Shown: positions 37,283-45,997 of the stretch, piece by piece | Numbering within the stretch: position 1 is the first letter of the stretch | How the letters are laid out: the number at the start of each line of letters is the position of its first letter | Sequence record: PV754031.1 | Length of the DNA: 64,000 nucleotides | Strand: one strand, 5' to 3' | Notes under the pieces: generated by a model | Seen by the model: only the letters and a program-made list of their open reading frames with translations | What the model was told of the DNA's origin: nothing | Databases searched by the model: none | Program-made: the position numbers and the translations under genes

Positions 37283-37435
37283 ATGGAAGGAATGAAATAT
37301 GTAGCATTGTTTCTAGTTATAGCAGTTTTAAGTAGTATGCTAATTGGCATTAATAAAATTATCAGTATAGGTGATATCGATGGATACCGATCAGAAAAAG
37401 AAAGAATCACCGAAATTCAATCCTATCATAAATAG
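37283..37435 (+). CDS. 50-aa membrane peptide (not in track)
   Basis: MEGMKYVALFLVIAVLSSMLIGINK...; GAGGT RBS. Confidence 0.6.
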   Translation: MEGMKYVALFLVIAVLSSMLIGINKIISIGDIDGYRSEKERITEIQSYHK

Positions 37436-37491
37436 TATCTTTAACAAGTCATGGCTGACTGAAGAGAAGAGTTGCAAAGAGGTAAAAAGAA

Positions 37492-37794
37492 ATGAGTTCA
37501 ACAGTGAGCTGTCTAGCAAACGCGCTAGCTAATGGTATTAGTCTTATCGCTAAGAATAAAGTTCAAGTAGGTATGATTCTACAAGCAACACAAGACATAT
37601 GGATCATGAGAACCTGTAAAAAGAATGGTTATTTAGAATGGAAGTTTGCTAATGAAGGTGATGACCTAACCGTATTAGGTGTTGATGAGGGTAATCCCGA
37701 AGGCGGCTTTAGAGTTTTAAATGCCGACAATTATAATCAAATTGAAACTGTACAATGTACAGATATGGATGATATTCTTCACGCCTATAACTGA
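37492..37794 (+). CDS. hypothetical protein
   Basis: GAGGT RBS. Confidence 0.8.
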   Translation: MSSTVSCLANALANGISLIAKNKVQVGMILQATQDIWIMRTCKKNGYLEWKFANEGDDLTVLGVDEGNPEGGFRVLNADNYNQIETVQCTDMDDILHAYN

Positions 37795-37802
37795 GGTGAT
37801 AT

Positions 37803-38015
37803 ATGTCAAATTCATTTAAAGCCGGTGACAAAGTTGTAGTCAACACAGATATTATTAATAGCACTGGTGAATGCGGCTATGATCTTACACTATGCAAAGC
37901 TGGTACTGTAGTTATAATCGAATCTGTTAATGGAGACCATCTGTTAGTATATCCATCTAATAGTGGTCCTAGTAATGGGTTTTATGTTCATCTACATCAG
38001 GTTAATGCACAATGA
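37803..38015 (+). CDS. small SH3/KOW-like beta-barrel protein
   Basis: FKAGDKVVV...GTVVII pattern; GAGGT RBS. Confidence 0.65.
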   Translation: MSNSFKAGDKVVVNTDIINSTGECGYDLTLCKAGTVVIIESVNGDHLLVYPSNSGPSNGFYVHLHQVNAQ

Positions 38016-38389
38016 AACTTGAATGCGTAAGAGATACTGCACAGATCCTCTACAGTAAAAGAGCTTTTATAAAAGGTAATTATATTGGTAGCGAATACCA
38101 TATTTACCAATTACTAACCCATCTTCATCATCGCATCGTTAATGCGCTTATTGAAATATATGATGATGATTCACTAGCTGATGTGCTAAATAAAAGTCCT
38201 GATGATATTATTATCTTATTCTCTAAACATGCGACTAATGCGTATCAGCATTACAAAGTTCTTCGCCAAAATATAAATGCTAAGATTGAAGAAGTAAATG
38301 CATCACGAAATAGGTATACTCTATGGTCTAACTTAGTAGAGGATATTCTTAAGTTTAGACTATATTGCAGTAAACTAAAGGTGGGTTGA
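38012..38389 (+). CDS. hypothetical protein
   Basis: ATGA overlap. Confidence 0.75.
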   Translation: MKLECVRDTAQILYSKRAFIKGNYIGSEYHIYQLLTHLHHRIVNALIEIYDDDSLADVLNKSPDDIIILFSKHATNAYQHYKVLRQNINAKIEEVNASRNRYTLWSNLVEDILKFRLYCSKLKVG

Positions 38390-38390
38390 G

Positions 38391-38756
38391 ATGATCGAAA
38401 TTAATTCTGCTGAAGTGGAAATGCTTGTTAAAACAATTACTGGCGATTTACTCTACTCTATCCACGATGGTACATATCCAGCTGAAGTTCATTGGATGTT
38501 TAAAGCAGATGTTGCAATGCTGGATGCATGGTTTGCTAAAATTTATCAGTTTGGTATGTCAAAGCAAATCCCATATGCCAGTATTCCATTTGCCAATCTA
38601 GTGGATGTATCAACTGAATGGCTATTCCAATATATGGCCAATCTGTCAGCTAATCTAGGTGATTTTGAAGAGGTCCAAGAACCTATTTTCAATATCATCA
38701 ATAAGATCCATTCAATGTGGTCAGTTTATGATAAGTATTCATGGACTGGTAGCTAA
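38391..38756 (+). CDS. hypothetical protein
   Basis: Tightly packed ORF. Confidence 0.8.
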   Translation: MIEINSAEVEMLVKTITGDLLYSIHDGTYPAEVHWMFKADVAMLDAWFAKIYQFGMSKQIPYASIPFANLVDVSTEWLFQYMANLSANLGDFEEVQEPIFNIINKIHSMWSVYDKYSWTGS

Positions 38757-38799
38757 TACTTGACCGTCCAATTAGATAGTTATAGGACGGGAATTAGCC

Positions 38800-39135
38800 A
38801 TGTTTATAGTTGATGATAAGTGTTATAGTTGGTCAAGTACTTCGCACGGTCGTGGGAAAAGAAGCGAAATAGTTGGAGCAGGTGTTTACGTTATTGAACA
38901 CATTGCAACTGGGAAGTATTTGGTAGGACTTTCAAAGACTGTTAGTAATGAAGTTGATAAACATATCGCTGCATTACGTAATAATAGTCATCAAAATAAG
39001 GCAATGTTAGGTTTAGTACATCGGGACATGGATTTACGTTTATTAGAATATCCCATTAGTAAGGTTAGTGATCAAAAAGCACTTATTGCTAAGATCCGAG
39101 CCACTACTGAACCTAAATATCTAATGCTTAACTAG
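38800..39135 (+). CDS. stand-alone GIY-YIG-like domain protein
   Basis: GVYVIEHIATGKYLVGLS...H...L..NSHQNK matches the GIY-YIG N-terminus. Confidence 0.7.
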   Translation: MFIVDDKCYSWSSTSHGRGKRSEIVGAGVYVIEHIATGKYLVGLSKTVSNEVDKHIAALRNNSHQNKAMLGLVHRDMDLRLLEYPISKVSDQKALIAKIRATTEPKYLMLN

Positions 39136-39180
39136 GGAGGGTAATACCTCCCTTTCTTATATAAGAAAAGGAAATATACA

Positions 39181-39867
39181 ATGAGTAATCCGTTAGTTAT
39201 CAAATCGGCAAGTGATTTAGTAGAGCCGAAAGGAACAGACTATAAAGCACCTATTTTTAAGACTAGTTATGAATATTCAGCTATTCGTGAAAATAGTCGA
39301 AAGCAAATCGAAGAACAAATGAAGCGGTCCAAACAACCATTCGTTGTGCTTGAACGAGATGGTGATATTGGTTCGAATGTTGTATATTACACGTGCGGAT
39401 GTAATAAAGAAGATCCTCTGTTTCCTGAACTAGTAATCACTGCCTGTATTACTAAGGAATCAGCCATCAACACTATCTATGCTATTTTTGAAAAATTAAA
39501 AGAAGTTAAGCAAATTACAGGCGGCGTAGAAATTGCAGATCTTCTAAGTGCATTCGAAGAAGATCAACGAATGGGTCGGCAACCGAAGTTTGGTATTCGT
39601 CCAATTGATGCGCATCAATTTGTTTATGGCTTTGGTGGTAAACTACATGCGTATTACAATATGGATGACTATTATAACCAATTACCAATTTGGCAAATTC
39701 TCATTAGCGATATTGAAGGATTCCTACCTACCGACAGTGGTTACCTGCAAACAGTTTGCCCACAATTTCTTTTAGCGGATAAACCATTTGGACAGGCTGG
39801 TAATATCTATCCGACAGATATTTTCAAAACTATGACATGTCGTCCTTCTACTGCAATTATTCATTAA
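39181..39867 (+). CDS. DUF4262-like protein
   Basis: YYTCG...PELVIT and QILISDIEGFLPTDSGY...QFLL pattern. Confidence 0.55.
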   Translation: MSNPLVIKSASDLVEPKGTDYKAPIFKTSYEYSAIRENSRKQIEEQMKRSKQPFVVLERDGDIGSNVVYYTCGCNKEDPLFPELVITACITKESAINTIYAIFEKLKEVKQITGGVEIADLLSAFEEDQRMGRQPKFGIRPIDAHQFVYGFGGKLHAYYNMDDYYNQLPIWQILISDIEGFLPTDSGYLQTVCPQFLLADKPFGQAGNIYPTDIFKTMTCRPSTAIIH

Positions 39868-39879
39868 GAGGTTAATATA

Positions 39880-40119
39880 ATGCGTGAGTTTCGTACTGGT
39901 CAATATTGTATTACTAAAATTGATATCCCTCACCCAAAACCCAATGCATTAACTGGTCCAACTTATTTAACAGCTGGGCAGCAGTGTCAGATCATCGTCT
40001 ATGATCCATCGAAAACACCTTCTACTGGTATTCGTAAAGAAGGTGAAAACTTTGCAATGGTTTATGTAGATGAATCTGCATTAATTGCTGATCCATCAAA
40101 ACCGGTTCCAACTCTATGA
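39880..40119 (+). CDS. small SH3-like hypothetical protein
   Basis: GAGGT RBS; FRTGQYCITK...LTAGQQCQI. Confidence 0.7.
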   Translation: MREFRTGQYCITKIDIPHPKPNALTGPTYLTAGQQCQIIVYDPSKTPSTGIRKEGENFAMVYVDESALIADPSKPVPTL

Positions 40120-40475
40120 TATTTAAATTCTTTGATGTTAATGGAGAATATGATCCACGTAACTTATGGTTACCCGCTGCACGTCAGCTATACATCTCTA
40201 TTATTAATCCAGAGGGCCATGATGTACTCTGGTATGCTAGAAAGCCAGGCACCAATGTTGCCATTTGGACACCAAAGCGAGATGATTATGAGTTAGTTAA
40301 TTGCTCAGAAATCATAAAAGCTAGACAGGTGCTATTAGCCAATCATGAGGCAGGTTCAGTAGAAAAGGCATTACATGAATATGACTTACCTGTTAAAGGT
40401 AAATATAAATTAGCAAGTCGTACATGGGAATGTAGTGAACTATTCACTCTCCAATTTATTGAATATAATTTTTAA
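40116..40475 (+). CDS. hypothetical protein
   Basis: ATGA overlap. Confidence 0.75.
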   Translation: MIFKFFDVNGEYDPRNLWLPAARQLYISIINPEGHDVLWYARKPGTNVAIWTPKRDDYELVNCSEIIKARQVLLANHEAGSVEKALHEYDLPVKGKYKLASRTWECSELFTLQFIEYNF

Positions 40476-40489
40476 ACAGGTAATTATAA

Positions 40490-41011
40490 ATGGCTCTTAT
40501 TTGTGGATATGGTGAAAATGCCGTACTATTCGGCGGTGATGTTGATGTAGTCGATTATGCAATGTCTCAAAGAAAATATACCTTAGATAATAAATTCATT
40601 ATCCGTGGTATCGCTGTTATGAGTGCTGATAAAGAAGCACGACATAGTTTCTGCCGAGCTAATAGAGAGCTATTTCTTAGTCATCGCACAAAAGACTATA
40701 ATGTAATCACACAACAATTCCAAGAATCGGTTAATAATTATAAAGTGATGGTTTATATTGTATTCGATGATGAGTTAGCTGTCTTTGTACCGAATACACC
40801 AATCACTGTACTGAATTATAAAAATAACCCGGATGGAGTTACTGTGATTAATAAAGGTTTCCGCTATAAACAGAGGGAGAGGCTTAAAGTTCTCATTAAA
40901 ACATATCACAATGATCTACTGCTATTGGCTAAGAATATTGCAGATAATTCATTGAAAGATGTTAATCAACTAACTGTCTTTAAAGACGGAACTACCCAAC
41001 GGTTTATTTAA
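40490..41011 (+). CDS. hypothetical protein
   Basis: AGGT RBS. Confidence 0.8.
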   Translation: MALICGYGENAVLFGGDVDVVDYAMSQRKYTLDNKFIIRGIAVMSADKEARHSFCRANRELFLSHRTKDYNVITQQFQESVNNYKVMVYIVFDDELAVFVPNTPITVLNYKNNPDGVTVINKGFRYKQRERLKVLIKTYHNDLLLLAKNIADNSLKDVNQLTVFKDGTTQRFI

Positions 41012-41022
41012 GGTATCTTTAC

Positions 41023-41322
41023 ATGACCACTAAACAACAGCGCATTACCTATCACTACCACTGTAAAGGTCTTAAACAGACATATCACCCAGTCATTGGT
41101 AAAGATGGGGAATTGAAACTGTCTGTACTTACACCTGATAATATTTATAGTCAATATCCATTATACGAGGATGTAGAAGATGAAGCTATCGATAAATTAT
41201 GCGATCAGGTAGAACTACTACTGAGAAAAGAACTTGTGGGTGTAATTGCTATTAAATATAATGTCGATTATCTAGCTACCCCTGGTGAGAAATTAAAAGA
41301 AGTATATAGACTCGTAATTTAA
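41023..41322 (+). CDS. hypothetical protein
   Basis: AAGGT RBS. Confidence 0.75.
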   Translation: MTTKQQRITYHYHCKGLKQTYHPVIGKDGELKLSVLTPDNIYSQYPLYEDVEDEAIDKLCDQVELLLRKELVGVIAIKYNVDYLATPGEKLKEVYRLVI

Positions 41323-41335
41323 TAATGGTATAATT

Positions 41336-41353
41336 GCCCTCCTTCGGGAGGGC
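41336..41353 (+). terminator. intrinsic terminator
   Basis: GCCCTCC-ttcg-GGAGGGC. Confidence 0.75.
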
Positions 41354-41380
41354 TTCTATTTCGTAAAAAGGAAAATACAA

Positions 41381-41821
41381 ATGAAAGCGTTCATCCCAAA
41401 ATGGCGCCAAGACCCAAATAACGTTGACCATAAGTATGGTTATGAACTGAATGCATACACCTCTGTTTCTGGTACTCGCGTCTTCATCGAACGTCGTGTT
41501 GAATACTACAATAAGAAAAAGAAACAATGGTGCGATGAAACAATTCAAGTAATTCATCTTGGTAAACTGAATTGTTATATTTGGAAACACTATCCAGTTA
41601 TCAGTTTCAGAGATGTTGGTGTAATCTACGGTCGGTTAGAATTTGATGAACTAAAGAAAGTAAATAAACTTATTCAGAGTTCAAATTCCGTATCTATTGA
41701 ACTGATGGAATCTATTTCAAAAGAATATCAGGTTTATATCACAGCTGTAATTAATAACATCAAATATGTGTTCAGCCCTGAACGTACTTATGTATCTGAT
41801 GAGGGTTACGTAGATGACTAA
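41381..41821 (+). CDS. hypothetical protein
   Basis: AAGGA RBS. Confidence 0.8.
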   Translation: MKAFIPKWRQDPNNVDHKYGYELNAYTSVSGTRVFIERRVEYYNKKKKQWCDETIQVIHLGKLNCYIWKHYPVISFRDVGVIYGRLEFDELKKVNKLIQSSNSVSIELMESISKEYQVYITAVINNIKYVFSPERTYVSDEGYVDD

Positions 41822-42275
41822 AGCAACTACTAATATCGTAATACAAGAGAAGCTTAAAGAACTCCGTCATAATAGTGATTGGATGTATTACATGACTTCC
41901 CAGTTCACTAACTGGATGTCAATGACTCCAGGTGCACTGAATTATAAAAACAACATGACCCCAGATGAGTATTACGAGCATCTGGTAACTTGGCGGGTGA
42001 TGACTGAGGATCTAATCCGAGTTCGTAAATCAATTGGTATCAGTATGTCAGGTATGATTAGTGATACACTAACACATCTTGATGTAAATGAAGTAATGTG
42101 TGAGTTCAGTGTATCAGCTAAACTACGTGTTCATCGCAATCATTGGAAAACCAATATGCTTTACTTGGGTCTTGACTGCGGTGATCATCTATGGCGTCCT
42201 AAAGAACGAGTATTCGTAGTTGGTCAAACGGAATGGTCTCGTTTCCGCGATGCTATTGTCAATGGTGTTTACTAA
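41814..42275 (+). CDS. hypothetical protein
   Basis: Overlapping co-directional ORF. Confidence 0.8.
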   Translation: MTKATTNIVIQEKLKELRHNSDWMYYMTSQFTNWMSMTPGALNYKNNMTPDEYYEHLVTWRVMTEDLIRVRKSIGISMSGMISDTLTHLDVNEVMCEFSVSAKLRVHRNHWKTNMLYLGLDCGDHLWRPKERVFVVGQTEWSRFRDAIVNGVY

Positions 42276-42307
42276 GTGATTCCTTTATGTATTTAGGATA
42301 ATTAAAA

Positions 42308-42820
42308 ATGGCAAAAACACTCCGTGTAGTACGTGTCCGTGATGGGATCGTTGATAGTCTTAATAACGATGGTCTATGGGTTAACAAACATACCTTTTGT
42401 ATGGAAGAGGTATGGGAAGCCCACAAACAAACAACCCAATTCCAGTCTTACAACTGGGGGACTATGTACTTCGTTAGTGAAAATGATGTAGCATGTAATC
42501 CATATCCTCATCATCAATACCGTGAAGTATGGATCTGTCAACGAGGTGTGCAACAAAAACTGGAACTATGTGACTATCTGGAATCCGGTATGGTTGGGGA
42601 TGATCATGTTGTAGTTATTATGACCACTACGGATGGATTAGATTATAGTTTTGTAAGTGGTGTATATGGCAACCGTATTAACTACAGTCCTTACTATGGT
42701 GATGCCATTTCTATACCTTGTACCAATAATCAAGAAGCAGACGATGTCTATCATATTCTAGCTAAAATGGCTAATGGCATAAGTCTATCTGTTCCTCTAG
42801 TAATGAAGCTGATTAAATAA
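42308..42820 (+). CDS. hypothetical protein
   Basis: AGGA RBS. Confidence 0.8.
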   Translation: MAKTLRVVRVRDGIVDSLNNDGLWVNKHTFCMEEVWEAHKQTTQFQSYNWGTMYFVSENDVACNPYPHHQYREVWICQRGVQQKLELCDYLESGMVGDDHVVVIMTTTDGLDYSFVSGVYGNRINYSPYYGDAISIPCTNNQEADDVYHILAKMANGISLSVPLVMKLIK

Positions 42821-42827
42821 AGGAGTA

Positions 42828-43193
42828 ATGATTATGGATTATAAATGGCATGATAAGTTCATTATAGAAATTATTAGTAAAAGTTGTAAAAAAGATGGAA
42901 TTGGTAAAAGTTACTTAGTGCGTAAAGATTGGAGAGATGTTAATCAGCGTGATTACGCCATTCTATCACGTATTGGTTTCCATGATGCTCTTTTGCTTGA
43001 TGAACATGAAGTCGAATACTATTTGAACAATGTAGCATTTGATATCGCAAAGGCCGTATGGGAGTCTGAAGGTAAACCAAAAGATACTGATATGCATATT
43101 CGGGCATTGCGCGTAGATATGGATAGCCTATCTAATAGATTCAAGATATATACTGATATAAAACTAGATATGGATAAGCACCGGAAATCGTAA
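42828..43193 (+). CDS. hypothetical protein
   Basis: AAGGAG RBS. Confidence 0.8.
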   Translation: MIMDYKWHDKFIIEIISKSCKKDGIGKSYLVRKDWRDVNQRDYAILSRIGFHDALLLDEHEVEYYLNNVAFDIAKAVWESEGKPKDTDMHIRALRVDMDSLSNRFKIYTDIKLDMDKHRKS

Positions 43194-43233
43194 AAGATAT
43201 CCATCGTATACATTTATTAATAGGAACCTACAA

Positions 43234-43590
43234 ATGCAACTAGATAAAGACAAATTGAAAGAATTGGTAAATATCATTGAAGAGAATACACGCCTTAAAG
43301 GTAAAGTATTCCACCAGGAAACCTACTCCAGTATTCATGGTGAAATAGAGGTTCGCAGTTACGCTGGTAATTTCATTTTCTATAAAAATCATACTACTGA
43401 ACAATATGCAATGTTCAATGTAGAGTTTGACACACATGGTAAGGTAGTTAGATTCATAGCACCTGCACTATTACGTGCGACTATTATTTGGGAATTGAAC
43501 GAAGAACCAGAATACTACAAAATCAACATCGAGCAAATGCTGATCGAAGCAGTAACCAATCACTTCAATACTGCCACACTACTACCTTGA
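43234..43590 (+). CDS. hypothetical protein
   Basis: AGGA RBS. Confidence 0.8.
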   Translation: MQLDKDKLKELVNIIEENTRLKGKVFHQETYSSIHGEIEVRSYAGNFIFYKNHTTEQYAMFNVEFDTHGKVVRFIAPALLRATIIWELNEEPEYYKINIEQMLIEAVTNHFNTATLLP

Positions 43591-43636
43591 AGTTAATTGA
43601 TAACCATAACTCTTATAAAGCATAGTGGATTTTATT

Positions 43637-44152
43637 ATGAATAAACCAGAATTACTTTACCATGGTTCTCTTTATAAACAAGATGAATTAATGCCAGGAT
43701 TTAAAAGATCTGGTGAACTTGTTATGTGGGATGGTATTGAGTCTAACCAATACCTATATGCAACGTCATCTGAAAAAGATGCATCTTATTTAGGTATTGG
43801 TAGCGCTATCGAAAAGTTATTTGATAGTGATAGATATGCTACTGTTGATAGGGATATTACAATCTATTGTCAAAATAATATCGATAAAAGTGATATTTTA
43901 AAAATGGTTGTGTATGTTTATACCATTCCATTTAGGGACTCTGACAAATGGATTAAGAATAATAATCCTCACAATAGCATTGATACTGAGTGGATTACGA
44001 AAAACACTATCCATGATGTTACTGTAAGGAAATTAGATATTGGTGAATTTTTAAAAGGTGCTCGCTTAACTGTCACTAAAGCACCAGTGGATGTTGATCC
44101 ATTAAACATCATGTCACAATATCGTTCAGTAACAGAGCGTTATCTGTTTTAA
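43637..44152 (+). CDS. putative ADP-ribosyltransferase-fold protein
   Basis: LLYHGS, YLYATSS and distal TEW, the H-Y-E style spacing of ART folds. Confidence 0.5.
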   Translation: MNKPELLYHGSLYKQDELMPGFKRSGELVMWDGIESNQYLYATSSEKDASYLGIGSAIEKLFDSDRYATVDRDITIYCQNNIDKSDILKMVVYVYTIPFRDSDKWIKNNNPHNSIDTEWITKNTIHDVTVRKLDIGEFLKGARLTVTKAPVDVDPLNIMSQYRSVTERYLF

Positions 44153-44167
44153 TTAAATAGGTTAATT

Positions 44168-44632
44168 ATGTATCACATATCGACAGTATACCTTGGGGAT
44201 TATGTTTTATTAAGGCCATATATTCCAAGTAATAGAGCTGATGGCGAAGACAGTGTAACCAACCGTATATGTGTGGCCCCATCAGTTATTGAATGTATTG
44301 CAGCTAAAAGCGGGTGTTATGATATCGATCTTAATTTACTTGGTTCTAAATCAACTATTTACGCATACCGAAGTAATTCTACTGACTACATTATAGGAAA
44401 TGTACCTGATCAAAAACAATATAGGGAACACTGGTATTTAAAACCAACTTTATTTGCGTATGTTGGCTCTCTGCAATTATTAGAGACTGGGGTGATTAAG
44501 GTAAGTAGTGAAGTCGATATGCATTCTAAATTAATGGTATCACATCGGTTAAACTACTTCAATAATATTATTAGTAAAGAAGAACTAATACACCATTGGC
44601 ATATAGAGGCTTTATCTATTTTAAATGGTTAG
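44168..44632 (+). CDS. putative ADP-ribosyltransferase-fold protein
   Basis: MYHIS...LRPYIP...EDSVTNRICVAPS...REHW. Confidence 0.45.
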   Translation: MYHISTVYLGDYVLLRPYIPSNRADGEDSVTNRICVAPSVIECIAAKSGCYDIDLNLLGSKSTIYAYRSNSTDYIIGNVPDQKQYREHWYLKPTLFAYVGSLQLLETGVIKVSSEVDMHSKLMVSHRLNYFNNIISKEELIHHWHIEALSILNG

Positions 44633-44652
44633 ATCATAATTTATTTAAGATC

Positions 44653-44660
44653 TATATTAC
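44653..44660 (+). promoter_or_regulatory. early promoter core TATATTAC
   Basis: TTTAAGATC-TATATTAC-A. Confidence 0.7.
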
Positions 44661-44687
44661 AAGTGTACTATCAATAAACTAATAGGA

Positions 44688-45050
44688 GTGATACAAGTGG
44701 ATTTTATAATTGAAATTATCGATAATCCCAATAGTGATACTGCGTTGTATGTTTATGATTATTGGGGTACCCTAACTACGGTTGTGGGTAATGCAAAAAC
44801 CCTGGCAGAAGCATATAGTTTTAAATATTCATCCATTGACAGCATTGAAAAATTAAAAGCTGTCATTGGTAAAAATATCGAATGCATTTTTAAAGAAATG
44901 TATGATCAATCAAATAAGGTAATTCGTGTTAATATCGTAAAAGTAGATCTAGAGAATAAGATTATTAGTAAGCGCATCGAAATTGTAAAAAGCTATAGTG
45001 TTATCAATAGTGATGGTGAACTTATTCTAATCACAGATGTAGTACGGTAA
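44688..45050 (+). CDS. hypothetical early protein
   Basis: AGGAG upstream; GTG start (probably 44697). Confidence 0.7.
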   Translation: MIQVDFIIEIIDNPNSDTALYVYDYWGTLTTVVGNAKTLAEAYSFKYSSIDSIEKLKAVIGKNIECIFKEMYDQSNKVIRVNIVKVDLENKIISKRIEIVKSYSVINSDGELILITDVVR

Positions 45051-45091
45051 TTGAATAAATAATTCATTAATTTAACATAGGTGATATAACC

Positions 45092-45940
45092 ATGGCACGT
45101 CGTTCTAATAAAATTCGCATTGGCTTCAACATTATTAATAATACTGGAACACCAGTTCACAGCAATGATGTAGTTGAACTACGTAAGAGCATCATGGCTT
45201 GTTTTGGTCTGGGCGGCGATCACTATGTGCATATTGACACTATTATTGATGAATGTAATAGTTCAGTAGTGCCCAACTACATCGACGCTGTGGTACATGT
45301 AAATCTCAACACAGCAAAACAATCCGCTCGTTTTAAAAAGATCTATGATCTGGTAAATCACCTAAAGGTTAATCTAGGCGCAACCAACGTCGTAGTAGAT
45401 GCCAGTGAATATATCCAACCTAGTCATATGTCTTATATTGAAGATGATCATCTTCATATGCTAGTACGGCGAGAAGGTAAAGAAGTTATTAAAACTCTCT
45501 TCACTGATGAATATGGGGCTAAACCACTGTCCAATATGGCGTTTACTGATCACATGGTATTGGATAATGATATTTCAGGTATCTACCTTATTGGTGAGGA
45601 AAATCGAGCTAATAAACTAACGAATATTATCTCTACCTCTATCCGAACTGGCAATTTTAATTTTAGGACAATGCTTGCTATCCGTAATTTTTACAAAAAT
45701 CAATTTAGTGGGCAATCTGCACTAATTGCCAATGCATGGGCACGCAATGGTTTTTATGTAGATGTTTTAGTTAAGTTCACTAATGGTAAAGTCATCAGCT
45801 TTGCTAAAAATGATTTTGTTGGTGGACCAACTGAACTAGAGTTCCACTATTTTGGTGTAGATGGTCGTGAGAATTGGGATAATGCGTCAAATCGTTTTGT
45901 TCACCAAGAGTTCGAGAAAACCTATTCTGTAAAACTTTAA
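45092..45940 (+). CDS. hypothetical protein (282 aa)
   Basis: AGGTG RBS; own terminator. Confidence 0.85.
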   Translation: MARRSNKIRIGFNIINNTGTPVHSNDVVELRKSIMACFGLGGDHYVHIDTIIDECNSSVVPNYIDAVVHVNLNTAKQSARFKKIYDLVNHLKVNLGATNVVVDASEYIQPSHMSYIEDDHLHMLVRREGKEVIKTLFTDEYGAKPLSNMAFTDHMVLDNDISGIYLIGEENRANKLTNIISTSIRTGNFNFRTMLAIRNFYKNQFSGQSALIANAWARNGFYVDVLVKFTNGKVISFAKNDFVGGPTELEFHYFGVDGRENWDNASNRFVHQEFEKTYSVKL

Positions 45941-45945
45941 CCAGT

Positions 45946-45967
45946 AAAGGGCTCTTCGGAGCCCTTT
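45946..45967 (+). terminator. intrinsic terminator
   Basis: AAAGGGCTC-ttcg-GAGCCCTTT. Confidence 0.85.
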
Positions 45968-45997
45968 ATTTTTTTCTTTATTCAATAGGAATTTACA

